NCBI GenBank assembly: GCA_001179505.1
Contig: CDMY01000393.1
Coordinates: 1-64,000, forward strand
Source: Vitrella brassicaformis CCMP3155
Lineage: Eukaryota; Protista; Chromerida
Length of the DNA: 64,000 nucleotides
Reading direction: 5' to 3'
Shown one piece after another: positions 34,946 to 46,878 of this stretch. The notes under the pieces are model-generated. The model made no database searches. It was not told the DNA's origin and saw nothing but the letters and a program-made list of their open reading frames with translations. Position 1 is the stretch's first letter, and every line of letters starts with the position of its first letter. The position numbers and the translations under genes are program-made.

Positions 34946-35457
34946 CGGCATAGGCGGGTAGAGGACCGACTTACTGACCTCTTCTCGCTCTAGCCAGGGG
35001 GTGGGTGGTACGTATGTGTCCGTCCGGTGGAGGGCGAAACGGCTGATGGACATGGGCAGGGCACGTGGCCATGAGACTGACTGACTTGATTTGATACATA
35101 AGATAACGATGCCATCGACACACACATGCCTTGAGTCCGATAGATCCGATCCGCCCCATCGACAATATGTCTGTCTGTCTGTCTGTGTGTCTGTCTGTCT
35201 ACCAGTCAATAATCCGCATGCACAAGGCCTTCCTTGCCTGGCTAATATCGATGATAGCCACACGACCACCGCCTTTCCTTTCCGCCACCTGTACACCTGA
35301 CCTGCATCCATCCCCTCTGCGCAGCGCACAAACACCATACATGAATGACACCACAGCACAGCCCCTTCTCGTGTCTTCTGTTCGCAAAGTGTCCCGGCTT
35401 ACTCTGGTGGTGTGGTGGTAATGAGTCAGTCCATCAGTATGGCGAGGCAGAGGCATA

Positions 35458-36060
35458 CTACGCCTGCACGTGATACTCTCTGGGGAAGCACGCGGGCGGC
35501 CCTCTGAATATCTTGGCTCCGACGGTATGGAGGCGGTCGGGAGGCTGCTCGGTGAGATTGGGCATGTCAGTAATCTGCCCAGCCGACCTATAGATGTGAC
35601 TGACAGGCAGGCAAGCAGACGGAGGCGTGGGACGGGCAGATGTCGTGTCGTTTCGTGGGTGTGTGAGCCTACCGGTATTCTTGGCACACATGACGAATGT
35701 GGGCAGGAAGGAGGCAGAGACACATTCATCGAAGCTGCAGAGTCCTTCGTTGTCAGCGTCATGTACCTTGGCACACTGAGCACCCCATGCAGCAGCACAC
35801 CACGAAGAAGTCTGCAGCCAGCCAGCCAGACAGACCAACAACAACACAATGTGCACACGTCGCCCGCATTGCCCTGGCAGTAAGTGCTGTGCTGTTCTGA
35901 CCTTCTGCGCAGTCTGTGGGCGGGATGTGGTATTTCTCTCGTATCTTGGTGCGGTAGTACCAGTTGAGTAGGATCATGGCCACCGCAAAGGCACCGGCGA
36001 GAAACCCCAACGCCACCACGGCAGGATGATGCTCCCACACCTCCTGACACACACACACAA

Positions 36061-36103
<43 letters not shown>

Positions 36104-36820
36104 GGGAATCCATTTTCTCTCTTCCCTTCTCTGGTGTAGTGCTGACCGCATTGAGCATATCCTCAGTCACGTTATCTATGCCGCCTTCCTTGTCAGCGAT
36201 ATCCATCCGCACCTGTGTGTGTGTGGACGAGCAGAGACACATACAGATGAAGGGATGGATGGATGGATGGATGGCGGTTTGACGCTTTCCTGGTTGCGGA
36301 GGATGGAACCGGTGGTTGATAAGACGAAGTACGCCAACCACGTCAGCCCTGGACGGACGGATGAATGAAGAACCATGGCGACACAGAAACGAAAAGCACT
36401 GCACTGCACCGCACTTTCCTTGCTCGTGTGGCGCCCACCGAATATGGCCAGTCCCCATGTCAGCTTGAGGATGGCCGAGCGGTTGAGCGAGATGGCCTTG
36501 ATGAGCCATCCGAAGCCAAAGAACGTCACCAAGCAAGACGGCCAATGGCTGAAACAGTCCAACACGCCGTCAGACCTGTGAGGGGCCAGAACAGAAAGAC
36601 ACATGAAAGCCTGTATGCCCGGTTGCAGGCGACGTCAGAACCATGTGTTCTGCCATCTGCTGATGTCGATCTGAACTTCTGGCAACGGACCTGTCAGTAC
36701 GTGAGGAGGGAGGGCATCAACACACACACAGGGCGGTGCAATGCAATCATGAGAGATCTGTCGGCCCTTCCTTTATTGGTTACCTGCTCCATAGGTTTGC
36801 ACCAAGGGCTGAGAAGCCAT
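35458..36820 (-). CDS. PLAC8 / Cys-rich (PCR, FW2.2-like) membrane protein
   Basis: Spliced MASQPLVQTYGA|GPLPEVQIDISRWQNTW|SDGVLDCFSHWPSC..., hydrophobic segments, YRTKIREKYHIP and ADFFVVCCCMGCSVCQ match PLAC8 signatures. Confidence 0.85.
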
Positions 36821-36850
36821 CCGCTCGCGCTCGAGAGTTTACGCGCGCAG

Positions 36851-36884
36851 AAACCCTTGACCCTAAAACCCCTAGACCCTAAAC
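36851..36884. promoter_or_regulatory. Degenerate telomere-like (CCCTAAA-type) array between divergent start codons
   Basis: aaacccttgaccctaaaacccctagaccctaaac contains four ccct cores. A regulatory role is inferred from position only. Confidence 0.5.
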
Positions 36885-36914
36885 AATTGTTGCCAGGCGA
36901 CATTTGTGACCGAG

Positions 36915-39381
36915 ATGAAGCGCGGCTACGACACGTTCCGGGAGTCGAATGGCGGCAACGAGGACAGTGGTGGACGCCGCCCTTCCTCTGCCCGACGACT
37001 CGACGAGCCACTGGTCAACGAGAGCATGCCAGCACCACCCCCACCCTGGGTGCGCATCGCATACCGCACGACACGCACAGACAGACACTCACACACAGGA
37101 CCCACTCATGTTCTTCTCTCTGATGTTTGTTATCGGTTCAGGTCCCTCCTGGTGGTGGCTTCTTCGCCAATGGCCCGCCGATGCCACCCGGCCCGCTCTT
37201 TTCTTCCTCTCCCGCACCCCAGGCCAACGGCAACGACAGCGGGTGGACGTACCATCGCTACACGTCCGAGGAGGAGCTGATGGCTGCCGTGGCTCACGTG
37301 CCGATGTCGCCTCGCGAGGCGCGGGAGATGGAGCGAGTGGAGCAACAGCTGAGGGCGAGGGGCAACCCGGACACGGTGGGCCGGATGCAGGCCCCTGACG
37401 CCGAGATGAGGGCACCGGAGCCGCCTGTCACGGTGAGGAAAGGGGAAGGCGGAACACCGACATGCATGCACAGGTCTATTCGTTGCCTCTTCCCTGTGAT
37501 GGGATGGTTCTCCTCTGTTCGGTCAGCTCAACCTCCTGAAGCACTGGAGGCACCGGCTCGGTCAGCAGGCGCCCACCAAGACCGACCAACAATCAGGCCC
37601 GGACATCTCCGTCCACCGCCCACTCCAGACCGACGCGCAACTCGGAGCCGCCGCAGCGGCTGCGGCCGGCTCCATCGACCAGCAAGACGTCCAGACTGAT
37701 GCTATGCCGGCCGAGCAGCGCTGGTGGCTCAAGCAGCAGAGCACCATGACGCCCCTCGGGGGGGCTGGGAGCAGGAGTGCCTCCATCCAGACGGCGCCGG
37801 CCAGGACCGTGGACGTGGGAATGGGGTTCCCTGCATCGAGGGACCCTGATGCTTTTGTAGCGGCTGAGGTGCAGACAGAAGGGACGGGAGAGGGAGAAGG
37901 GGGGGCGAGGGGAGGTGGTGGTGACGAGCTGAGGGGCCTCAGCGCCGATCAGCAGAGGCGTCTGCAGGAGTGGGTTCGGGATTCGCTGCGTGGAGCGGTG
38001 TAAGCGAAGCGAAGCGGGGAGAAAAAGGAGAGAGGGATGATGGTTTGGTTTGCATGACATGGGACGGGACGCATATACTTGTGCTTTCCTTCCTGCTATG
38101 TGGCATTCATTGATGATGTGTGCAGGGTGAGTGAGGAGATCCGGGGCATCTTGGCGTCCCTCGACACGTTTGTGGGCATGCTGGTCACCGACCCACGTTT
38201 GTCAGCTGCAGCTGCTGATGTGCTCAACTTTGCCCTGCCTGACGTCACGCCGCCCCAAGAGGTAAATGAACCTAGACACAACACACCCGTCCATGCCATT
38301 TCTGCATCTCGTGCTCTCTTCTTTGTTTCGTTCTACTTGCGCAGCCTCCCCCAATGGCGATGGCAGCAGAAGAGCAGCGCCATCCACAGCCAACCCCACC
38401 CACACAGCTGCACCCGCCCGCTGCGCCCGTGGCACCATCTGGCGCTCCATCGGCTGGCCGTGGTGCCCAGGAGGAGGACGTGGTCATGGCTGCTGTCCCC
38501 GAGCAGGACGTGGTCATGCCGCCCGCACCTGCTGCTGCTGCGGTGGTGGTTGGGCAAGGAGGGGCGAGGGATGGCGTTCCGCAAGTGAACCAGGTGGGTG
38601 TGAGCGAGAGCAATGAAGGAGACATCATGTGAATAATGTGTCCTTCTGCCGTTCATTCATTCATTCAGGGTCCGCGTAATGGAGGTTTGAATGGCGGCGC
38701 ATCGAGGCCGCCGGTGTCTGCCTCTGTGTCTGGCGAGACCTCCATGGCTGCCAACGGACTTTCGGGCATGGGCATGCATCTAGTGTCAGGGCTGCAGCCC
38801 AACGAAGAGGTGAGCAAGGGCACGGACAAAGGACAATGGAATGAATCCATGTGAATGTGCCCACTCTGTCCCCGTCCGTGTGTGCAGAGGTGTGACGAGG
38901 AGGAATCGGACCAAGTGGACAGCGCAGAGGAGGAGGAAGAAGAGGAGGAAGAAGAAGGACCGGCACAAGGTACATGCGTCATACACACGCACCCACTCCA
39001 CCCACACATCCGCCGTGGATGTGATGTGCCCGTCCACTTGTGTGTGTGTCCTCAGGCTTGTCTGGCCTACTCAGGCGTCAGCAGCCTGCAGTCCCGCCTG
39101 CTGTGGCCGCCCCCGCCCCCGCCGCTGCCTTCGGGCAGGGCCAGCCCTCTCCCAGCGAGTCAGTCGACGAGGACGAGGACGATGTCGAAGACGACTTCGA
39201 TGACGAGGAGGACGGCTACATCGATGAGGAGGATGAGGACGACGACGAATATGATCGCCTGGCGGGCAGCAGTGCCGACAACGCCATAGACCTCGAGGAC
39301 GACGATGAGGAAGAGGACGGGAATAACGGGCAGGTCGGGAACGGGCAGGGCCACCACAACGATGACGCGCCTGCCAACTGA
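36915..39381 (+). CDS. Unknown low-complexity protein with an acidic C-terminus (multi-exon)
   Basis: MKRGYDTFRES..PPPW|VPPGGGFF.., EIRGILASLDTFVGMLVTDP and DEDEDDVEDDFDDEEDGY.., with GT-AG junctions. No domain recognised. Confidence 0.65.
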
Positions 39382-40426
39382 GGGACCGAACGAGGGGGCA
39401 TGGGCAGGAGGGTATGGATGGATGGGTGCATGTGAGATGGTCGTGTGTGAGAGAGCAGTTTAAGCGTGGACCGGACAGGGTGAGTGCCATTTGACTGGGT
39501 GTCTGCTGCTGCGCGGCAGCGCGGCGTGTGATGTGTGTGGTGCAAGTCCATCTGTGTGTTTGGCGCCGTGTTTGCCGCGTTTTTCCTGCCTGACTGCCTG
39601 GATGGTGCTTTGTCGACATTCCTGTCGATTGAGTGGTGCGCTCATTCTTCGCGCCTGGTGGCAAGGGTGAGGGGATCTGTCCAGTTCCCTCAGTCTGACC
39701 ACCATGCCCGAGGACACAGCCGCTGACAGTCGACACACACACACACACACACGAGGCCGGACAATGAAGAGGGATCTCTTTAGCCAAAGAATGGAGGACG
39801 TTGCTGACGTGCACTGCAGCACTGCAATGGGCAACCGCCTTGAACTACTGCTCGCCAGCTGAGGCTCTGCGGGCATCCGTAAAATCAGACAGGATGGGAC
39901 AAACAGAGAGAGGGAGACACTGCATGACAAGCATTTGATATTTGAACAAGATGCCTTGCTGCACACTTATTGAATGCATTGCAGTCATCGCGAGGGCCCG
40001 TCTTGCAGACACCCAATCCACCACCAACCACACACGAAATGCTGCCTTTGCCGATGGACGCAACACACGAACCTTTCTCATGGCAGGTGACGTTCGTCTC
40101 CGATGCCGCAGTGCAAATGGCTGTGTAAACAGCATGTTTCGGGCCTCGGCGTGCTCTGCGGTGAGCTGATGAGCTTGCCATGTCCAATCACGGTTGGTCA
40201 ATTTGCGAGCTCAAATAGAGTGCAGATCTTCCCCCCTTGGTTCTCTTTTCTCTTTTCTCCCGCTCTGTCGTCTTTCCGCGCTATCCACGATGCTCTGACT
40301 ACCACAGCTCACCTCCAACGGCTCAGGGTCGCACCTCTCCCTTCTCTCTGATCGCAGAGGCGGCAGCTCCCCTGTTCGATTCCTTCGCAGCCGAGCTGTT
40401 CCGTGGCCAACCACTCCCTCCCCACA

Positions 40427-42919
40427 ATGTCGAGCAAGCCGCCACTTCCCTCGTCCTCCTTCACCGTGTTCGGCGACGAGCCCGTCCCATCGATCCTGGT
40501 TGACTCTGTCATGATCCGGCAGGACTGCAAGACGCAGCAGTGGTCACACGGGCCGTTCCCAGTGGAGGACGTTTCGCTCCACAGCGCCGCTCGAGTGGTC
40601 ACACAGTTTATTCGCAAGTCGTCGGGTGTCTTGGACTACAAGCATACGGCACCTGTCGGGCCCATCCCAGCTGTGGTGTCCCACTCGTCCAGCAGAGCGT
40701 CCACCAAGGCAACTGTGAGCACAATGGGACCCGTCGCCACTGATGGTGAGTTGAGAGGGGNNNNNNNNNNNNNNNNNNNNNNNNNNNNNNNNNNNNNNNN
40801 NNNNNNNNNNNNNNNNNNNNNNNNNNNNNNNNNNNNNNNNNNNNNNNNNNNNNNNNNNNNNNNNNNNNNNNNNNNNNNNNNNNNNNNNNNNNNNNNNNNN
40901 NNNNNNNNNNNNNNNNNNNNNNNNNNNNNNNNNNNNNNNNNNNNNNNNNNNNNNNNNNNNNNNNNNNNNNNNNNNNNNNNNNNNNNNNNNNNNNNNNNNN
41001 NNNNNNNNNNNNNNNNNNNNNNNNNNNNNNNNNNNNNNNNNNNNNNNNNNNNNNNNNNNNGGGGGGGGGGGACAGGGGCACACACACGACATCCAGTGTA
41101 GGCTTCACTTGTTCTTGCCGCTTTGTCCACTGTCTTGATCTGCACAGATCGGGTCATTTGCGAGGTGTCCACCCCTCGCAAAGTGCAGGAGGGCGTCGTC
41201 GGCAGCGTTGGCGGGGGGAAGGACAGCAAGGGGCTGGGGATGTCGGCCATGGCATATGCCTTCGATGACAACTGGCCACTCACTGTCTGGGGCCTGCTCA
41301 CCGGTACACACGAGAAGCGGCACGCGCCACTACTTCGAGATGGTCACGCTGAGCGACATTCTGTTGTCTGTTGTCTGTTTGTTCCCTCCCTCTCTGTGTC
41401 GATATCCAGCATGGGTGTTGACGGCTGCGTTTTTTCTTTTGGCGTTGTGGCGAGGTTCGATGATGATGCCCAAGCCCACCCCCCAGTGGTTCAACATCCT
41501 GCTCATAGTGGTCGTGGTGCTCAAGATCGTGCAGACCACCACCTGGCTCTTCTTCGTCCCCACCCTGCAGTCATACAAGGTCCGCCCGCTGCTGGTGGCC
41601 ATCCTCATCCTCACCTCACTCCCAGTGGAGATTCTCGTGCAGGTCAGGGAGGGAGGGAGGGAGGGAGGGACCTCCGAACGAACAATCGCCGCACTGCACG
41701 CATCGGTCAACGGATTGAATGCTTTTGCCTCGCTCCCGCAGTTCCACAATCCCTTCGCAGATCCCATCCTCACACTGGTCCTCTTCTACGTCCAGGCGGC
41801 TGCGTGGACATTCTTATTTGCTGTCTACCTCGAGAGGAGGCGGGACGACCAACAGCCACAGCCGCCGGCAAAGAAACAACAACCACAGCAGCAGCAGCAG
41901 CAGCAGCCAGGGGTCGACGGCAGCACGGATGTGGTGTCGAGTTCGGTGACGGCGAGTAAGCTGAAGACGTCGATGTTCGGCACGTCGTGGCGCGACGAGG
42001 CGACTGAGAAGGAGTTTGTGTTCCGTTCGTGCCAGCGGTGGTGCTGCGTGCCATTTGGGGGGCGGCTCTCGCCTCTTGCATACAGAAGGTGGGCGACAAC
42101 CAGGCAGGGATGGGATATGAAGCCCTCTGCGGATCCGTATGGCTGGCTGTTGTTTCTCCCATCCATTGTATCTCTTTCTTTCATGTCATGTATGGTATGG
42201 TATGACCAGGCTGGTGTTTTTCGGTCGTCATTTCCTGGTGTCGGTGGACCTGTTCTCTGACGTGACTGTGGGGCTGGGACTCATCAAGATCAGCTGGCGG
42301 CCCACCACACCCACACCTTGGGTATTCTTCAACGCAGGTGCGGTGCCTAAGGACAGATGCGATGCGCGAGGGAGGGTGTCGGGGTGTGACTATTCTATTA
42401 CGTGAGATTGTGTGTGTTCAGGTCTGACGATCTTTGTGTTGGCGATGGTGGAGGTCAACTCGATTTTGGTGGAGATCTTTGTGCGGCAGCCGTCGGCCAC
42501 TAAGGCGCTCCTCAACCTTTTCACCGCATGTCTAGAGGTGAGGGACCTGACTGACACGACGGAGGGAGGGAGGGAGGGACGGCCGCCCACCAGCACCCTC
42601 AAATGCGTTTCTTGATGCACTGTTCAGGTCCCCATTCTCATCCTGACGGTCATGTATTGCCCTCAGGTACACACACAGCGAGCACAGACAGCACATGCGT
42701 TGGACTGCACACACACCGAGCGAGCGAGTGCTCATGTGCTGTGCTGTGCTGTGCTGTCCTCTCGTCTGTGTCACCTTTCAGTGGAATCTGCCGATGACGA
42801 TCGTGTCTGGTGTCCTGACGTTGTTGGGCATTTTGTACAAGGCCGGCACCTGCGTGTACGCTTTCAAGAAGCCGGGCGCCCCCGCACAGAAGACGACTTA
42901 CAGTCACGAGACTGCATGA
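40427..42919 (+). CDS. Uncharacterised multi-pass membrane protein (about 7-9 hydrophobic segments), spanning a gap inside an intron
   Basis: Exon 1 ends in phase 1 (ATD G|) and matches the post-gap exon (|AT = D). Hydrophobic segments include WVLTAAFFLLALW, WFNILLIVVVVLKIV, LLVAILILTSL, ILTLVLFYVQAAAWTFLFAVYL, LTIFVLAMV and IVSGVLTLLGILY. Confidence 0.7.
40761..41060. other. Assembly gap (300 N) flanked by G runs
   Basis: Run of N. Confidence 0.99.
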
Positions 42920-43279
42920 CATGCATGACATGACAAAGTCACATTGAGCGAGGCAGATCGAGGCGACGCTAAGAGATGGATGGATGGATGGATGGATGGA
43001 GAGGGGCTGACCTGACACGCCTGGCATCGCATGGTGGCTGGCTGTGCTGTGCTGGCCTGCACGTACACATGTGTACATACATAGAGTACTACAGTAAGTA
43101 CACACATAGATAGATGTACACAGCTAGCTGTCTAGTCGGTAAGTCAGCCAGCCACTCACGTGCCTGTGTGTGACGTGACGAATGCCAGGCCTTCATTGAT
43201 TGATTGATTGATCGTGTGTGTGTGTTTTATCTTCTTCGAGCTTTGTTTGTAAGTGCGTTTTTCACCGCCCGCCTGACTG

Positions 43280-43462
43280 ACTCGGGCTGTCTGGCTGACA
43301 CACGATGCGATGCGATGCGATGCGATGCGATGCCTCTACACGTGCATCCACCCACCCGCCAACCCACCCAGTCTGGCCGTCACGTTCACCGTTGCTGCAT
43401 GACAGACATGTGGGATGGATGGATGGATGGTTCGATGGATGGACGGATGGATCACACACAGT

Positions 43463-43493
<31 letters not shown>

Positions 43494-43800
43494 TCCATAC
43501 TCACCACCGTCTTTGTGTCCCTCCTCTGCCTCTGTGTGTGTCCTTTCCACGCCTATGCACTACAGCACACGTACGTACCAGCCGCCCAGTTGCGAGACTG
43601 ATGGCTGTGTCGATGGACCTACACGCTTTTATCTACAAGCGGATGGCATGGATGGCATGGATGGGTGGGCGGATGAATGGATGAATGCTCGTGTGCTAAC
43701 GTGCAAGCGATTTATGTCCAGTCCTTCTCTCACTCCCTCTGTCTCTCTGTCTGCTGTGCGTGCCTGTATGCCTGCCTGCCTGCCTGTCTGAATGCGTGCC
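43280..43800. repeat. Compound microsatellite field: (CGATG)n, (GGAT)n, (GGCT)n, (GCCT)n
   Basis: Visible directly, e.g. cgatgcgatgcgatg at about 43304-43333 and ggctggctggct at about 43465-43490. Confidence 0.9.
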
Positions 43801-44980
43801 GTGCGTCTGTGACTTTATTTATCGATGCGATGCACGCAGTAGGGCCAGCCGACTAGAGACTAGAGGCTAGAGACGGACATGCTATGCTGGCTGGGTGGGT
43901 GGTTGTGGTGGGCGGGGAGGTGTGTAGCGGGCCGGGTGGCTGGGTTGGGCGGGTGTTTATGGGGCGGGCGGTGTGGGAGGGAGGCCGGAAAGAAGGCCGA
44001 CTGATTGGTCGATCAAGAGGCGAGCAAGAGGAGGGCGGGCGGGAATTAGGGGGGCCACCTGCGTGCCGTGCGTACGTGCTATTTGGTGGTTTTTCAACGG
44101 CTGCTCTCTTTGAAGGGGAGCGAGCCTTGTTCGTACTGGATGGATGGATGGATGAGCCAGCTGGGAAGGGCCCAAGGGCAGCCGAATCGGTGCAGTGATG
44201 TGATGCATGATGCATAGATATACATAAGTGATATGTAGTGATTCTGATGCGCATTTTTTGACGTCAAGAGCACATGTATACATACACACCTACCTCAACA
44301 TGCAATACTTTTTGAACTTGAAGATCGACGATGTGCACACACACTCACACACACACCCGTGCACAGCTGGCAGTCGGCAATACGATGCCAGCGGGCCGCA
44401 CGCGTGGCAGCACGGTGGATTGAGGGAGGGAGGGAGTGGGGTAGGAGTTTGAGTGAGTAGGGCCATGTAACGTCGGGTGTTTTGATGACGGACTTGTTCA
44501 CGACGGACTTGTCAGAGACGCGTCGTTTGCGACAGGCAGGCATTTAAGCCCTCAAGACCACTGAAGGTATTCGAGCCAACATCAAGTGGGTCAACATCAC
44601 ACACGCGCGCGCTCCCACACACACAGAGGCTGTCAAAGCAGACACCGAACAAGAGACGGATGCACTTAACGGGGTGTGCTCAGAAGGAGAGTGACGCGCA
44701 TCCACTACACCGACAGAGGAAGCAAAGTGGTTGCTCATGCAAGCAAAAGACTGATGTAAAACAAAGCCAAAACCAACAGTAAGTCCCCATCCCAATGAGT
44801 CTATGTGCCCAAACCGACTGAGTCCAGCCCACTACAACCGCCCACTTGCACCGACAGACACAGGGAGAGGATCAGTAAGCACACCGCCTTGCAACGAGCG
44901 ACCTGCATGAACAAACAAGGATCAACAAGAACCCATGCATCGTATCCTTCCTGCCGACCTGTCCGTACTCCGCTCTAGCG

Positions 44981-46553
44981 CTACTCCGCCTCCATGGCGT
45001 CCACTTTGGCACGGATCAGAGCCGCCGTGCGCGGGAACCGCTGAGCTGCGCTCCGTTGCCTCGGAACACGAGGCTCAGTAGTGACGATCGATAGATTAGA
45101 CGTGTGGCTTGGTTGGTGGTATACGTTCACGTTCATGAAGGCTGCAAACTCGTCAGTCGCTTTGTCACCGCACACGACCGCAGTTGTACTGCACCACCCC
45201 CACTCAGGGGAGCAGCTCTTCCACACGTACGCCAGCCGACTCCCGCTCCACGTTGGGCCCATCTGGGAGGTGAGTTTTCCGAGCCGCTCCGTCAGCTGCT
45301 GCTGGGCGGTCCGCGTCATGATCTCGTCTGGCTTGATGCGCCTTGAGCGGTTGTTGATGCCTTCAATACCTCTGAAGATCACGTGGAGGCAGAAGTCAGT
45401 GAAGGATGCGGCTGTGTCGCTCGACGATGCGGCTTCGTCCCTCTCGTCTGCACATAGGCAGACAAATGAGCAAACTACTTCAAGCATCCTCATGTGTGTT
45501 GTTACGTGCTCCTTTTGCCTCACATATGACTGGTGGGTCTGATGTGTTGACAGTGAGTAGGTCGCCTGGCAACATGTCGGGCGTCAGGACTCGCTTAAAT
45601 GCCTCTGTAAGCGCCTGGCGGTCTCGAGCTTTGATACTTTTGCTGAAAATAGACGGGGTGCCTGCATCGTCAGCTCGAGAACGAAATAGCGAAAGCTGTC
45701 GCATAGCCGCGGGTTGGGAATCGAACTCCATCTTGGTGCCCACTTGGCGCACGTCATCAGGAGTGATGATGACCGGCAGAGAAGGGAGGTGGCCGCAGTT
45801 CTTCAGCAAGTGAAGAAGCTGCAAACAGCGCTCCCACGGCCCTCCCTCCTCGACAAAGTGCGTCATCCGGAGCAGATAATCCATCCGACTTATCCTCTTC
45901 CGGAACCCGAACAGAACCAGCAGTCCACCCCAAAGATGCTTTTGAATCAACTCCACGACTTTTGTCTGCTTGTCAGAAACCCTTCTCAGGAAGAGGGATC
46001 CGAAAAACTCGTCCACCCGTCCCGATTCTACGGCTTCACAACAAATGACGATCGCGCCGGTGACGCAGAGGAAGAACAACGGCGCAGCCACCGCCAAGGC
46101 ACATACCATTATCAAGCACCAAGTCCACCAGGCGCATGATGCTGGTCTCTCACTCAGGCAGGGAAAGATGCGTGTCACCACCCACAAACCAACCACCGAC
46201 GCTGCCAACACACCGAGATGCCAAACAACGAGGTACCCCAGAACAGCTCCCCCGAGAAAAATCCAAAGAACCACATCCACCAGTTCGCTGACAGTGGCCG
46301 TGAGGCAGTGCTGCAGGTACGCCAAGGTGGTCTTGTGCCGCTTCGCCACCGCCATCACCCCGTCCAGACCTTTATCGCGGATGGATCTGTCGAGGCGGTC
46401 CGTCAGATAGTCCTCACTGATGAGATAACAGCCGACGCTCTTGGACGCGGCTCGAAGGGTTCCGCAGCTGACGGAAGGGAGGAAGCTCCTCACCTCTGTA
46501 CGGATCTCCTCCGGCAGGCCCGCGAGATGGCAATCGGAATGGTCTCCAGTCAT
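44981..46553 (-). CDS. Lineage-expanded F-box-like family protein with an inserted transmembrane block (2 exons)
   Basis: F-box-like LPEEIRTEVRSFLPSVSCGTLRAASKS. Core LLRMTHFVEEGGPW..LPVIITPDD..FDSQPAAMRQLSLF and ASFTDFCLHVIF resembles, from memory, the large Vitrella unnamed family. Hydrophobic block at 46038-46283. Confidence 0.7.
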
Positions 46554-46878
46554 CGTGGCAGCGCGTGAAATCGTGGAAACGCCAAAAGATGTTGGTGGAT
46601 GTGTGTGTGTGTGTGTGTATGTTTGCGCGTACGGATCCACTTGTTTCGAACGTGGTCTTAGCTCGCCCATGCGGATCGCACTCCTCTCCAAGGCTCATCG
46701 AAGCAGTCTCCGTGGCCTGCCGTGTACACTTCCACGCACTGCCGACTGATGTCACTGCATACGCACACGTGATGCAAGAGTACTTTGCATTGCAAAGGTC
46801 CCAGCACATACAAAACACTATCAGACACCGATTGCGCCGCCGCCGCCGCTTCCACAGTCAGCGGCCCAGCACGCTCCG

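Noticed and set aside
43851-43874. CTAG-containing repeats as a Helitron 3' end
   Set aside because: No upstream hairpin or Rep/helicase gene was seen; this is a simple short tandem repeat.
43204-44452. ORFs up to 195 aa
   Set aside because: Microsatellite-derived (MDGWMDG, LAGWLAG), with no domain features.
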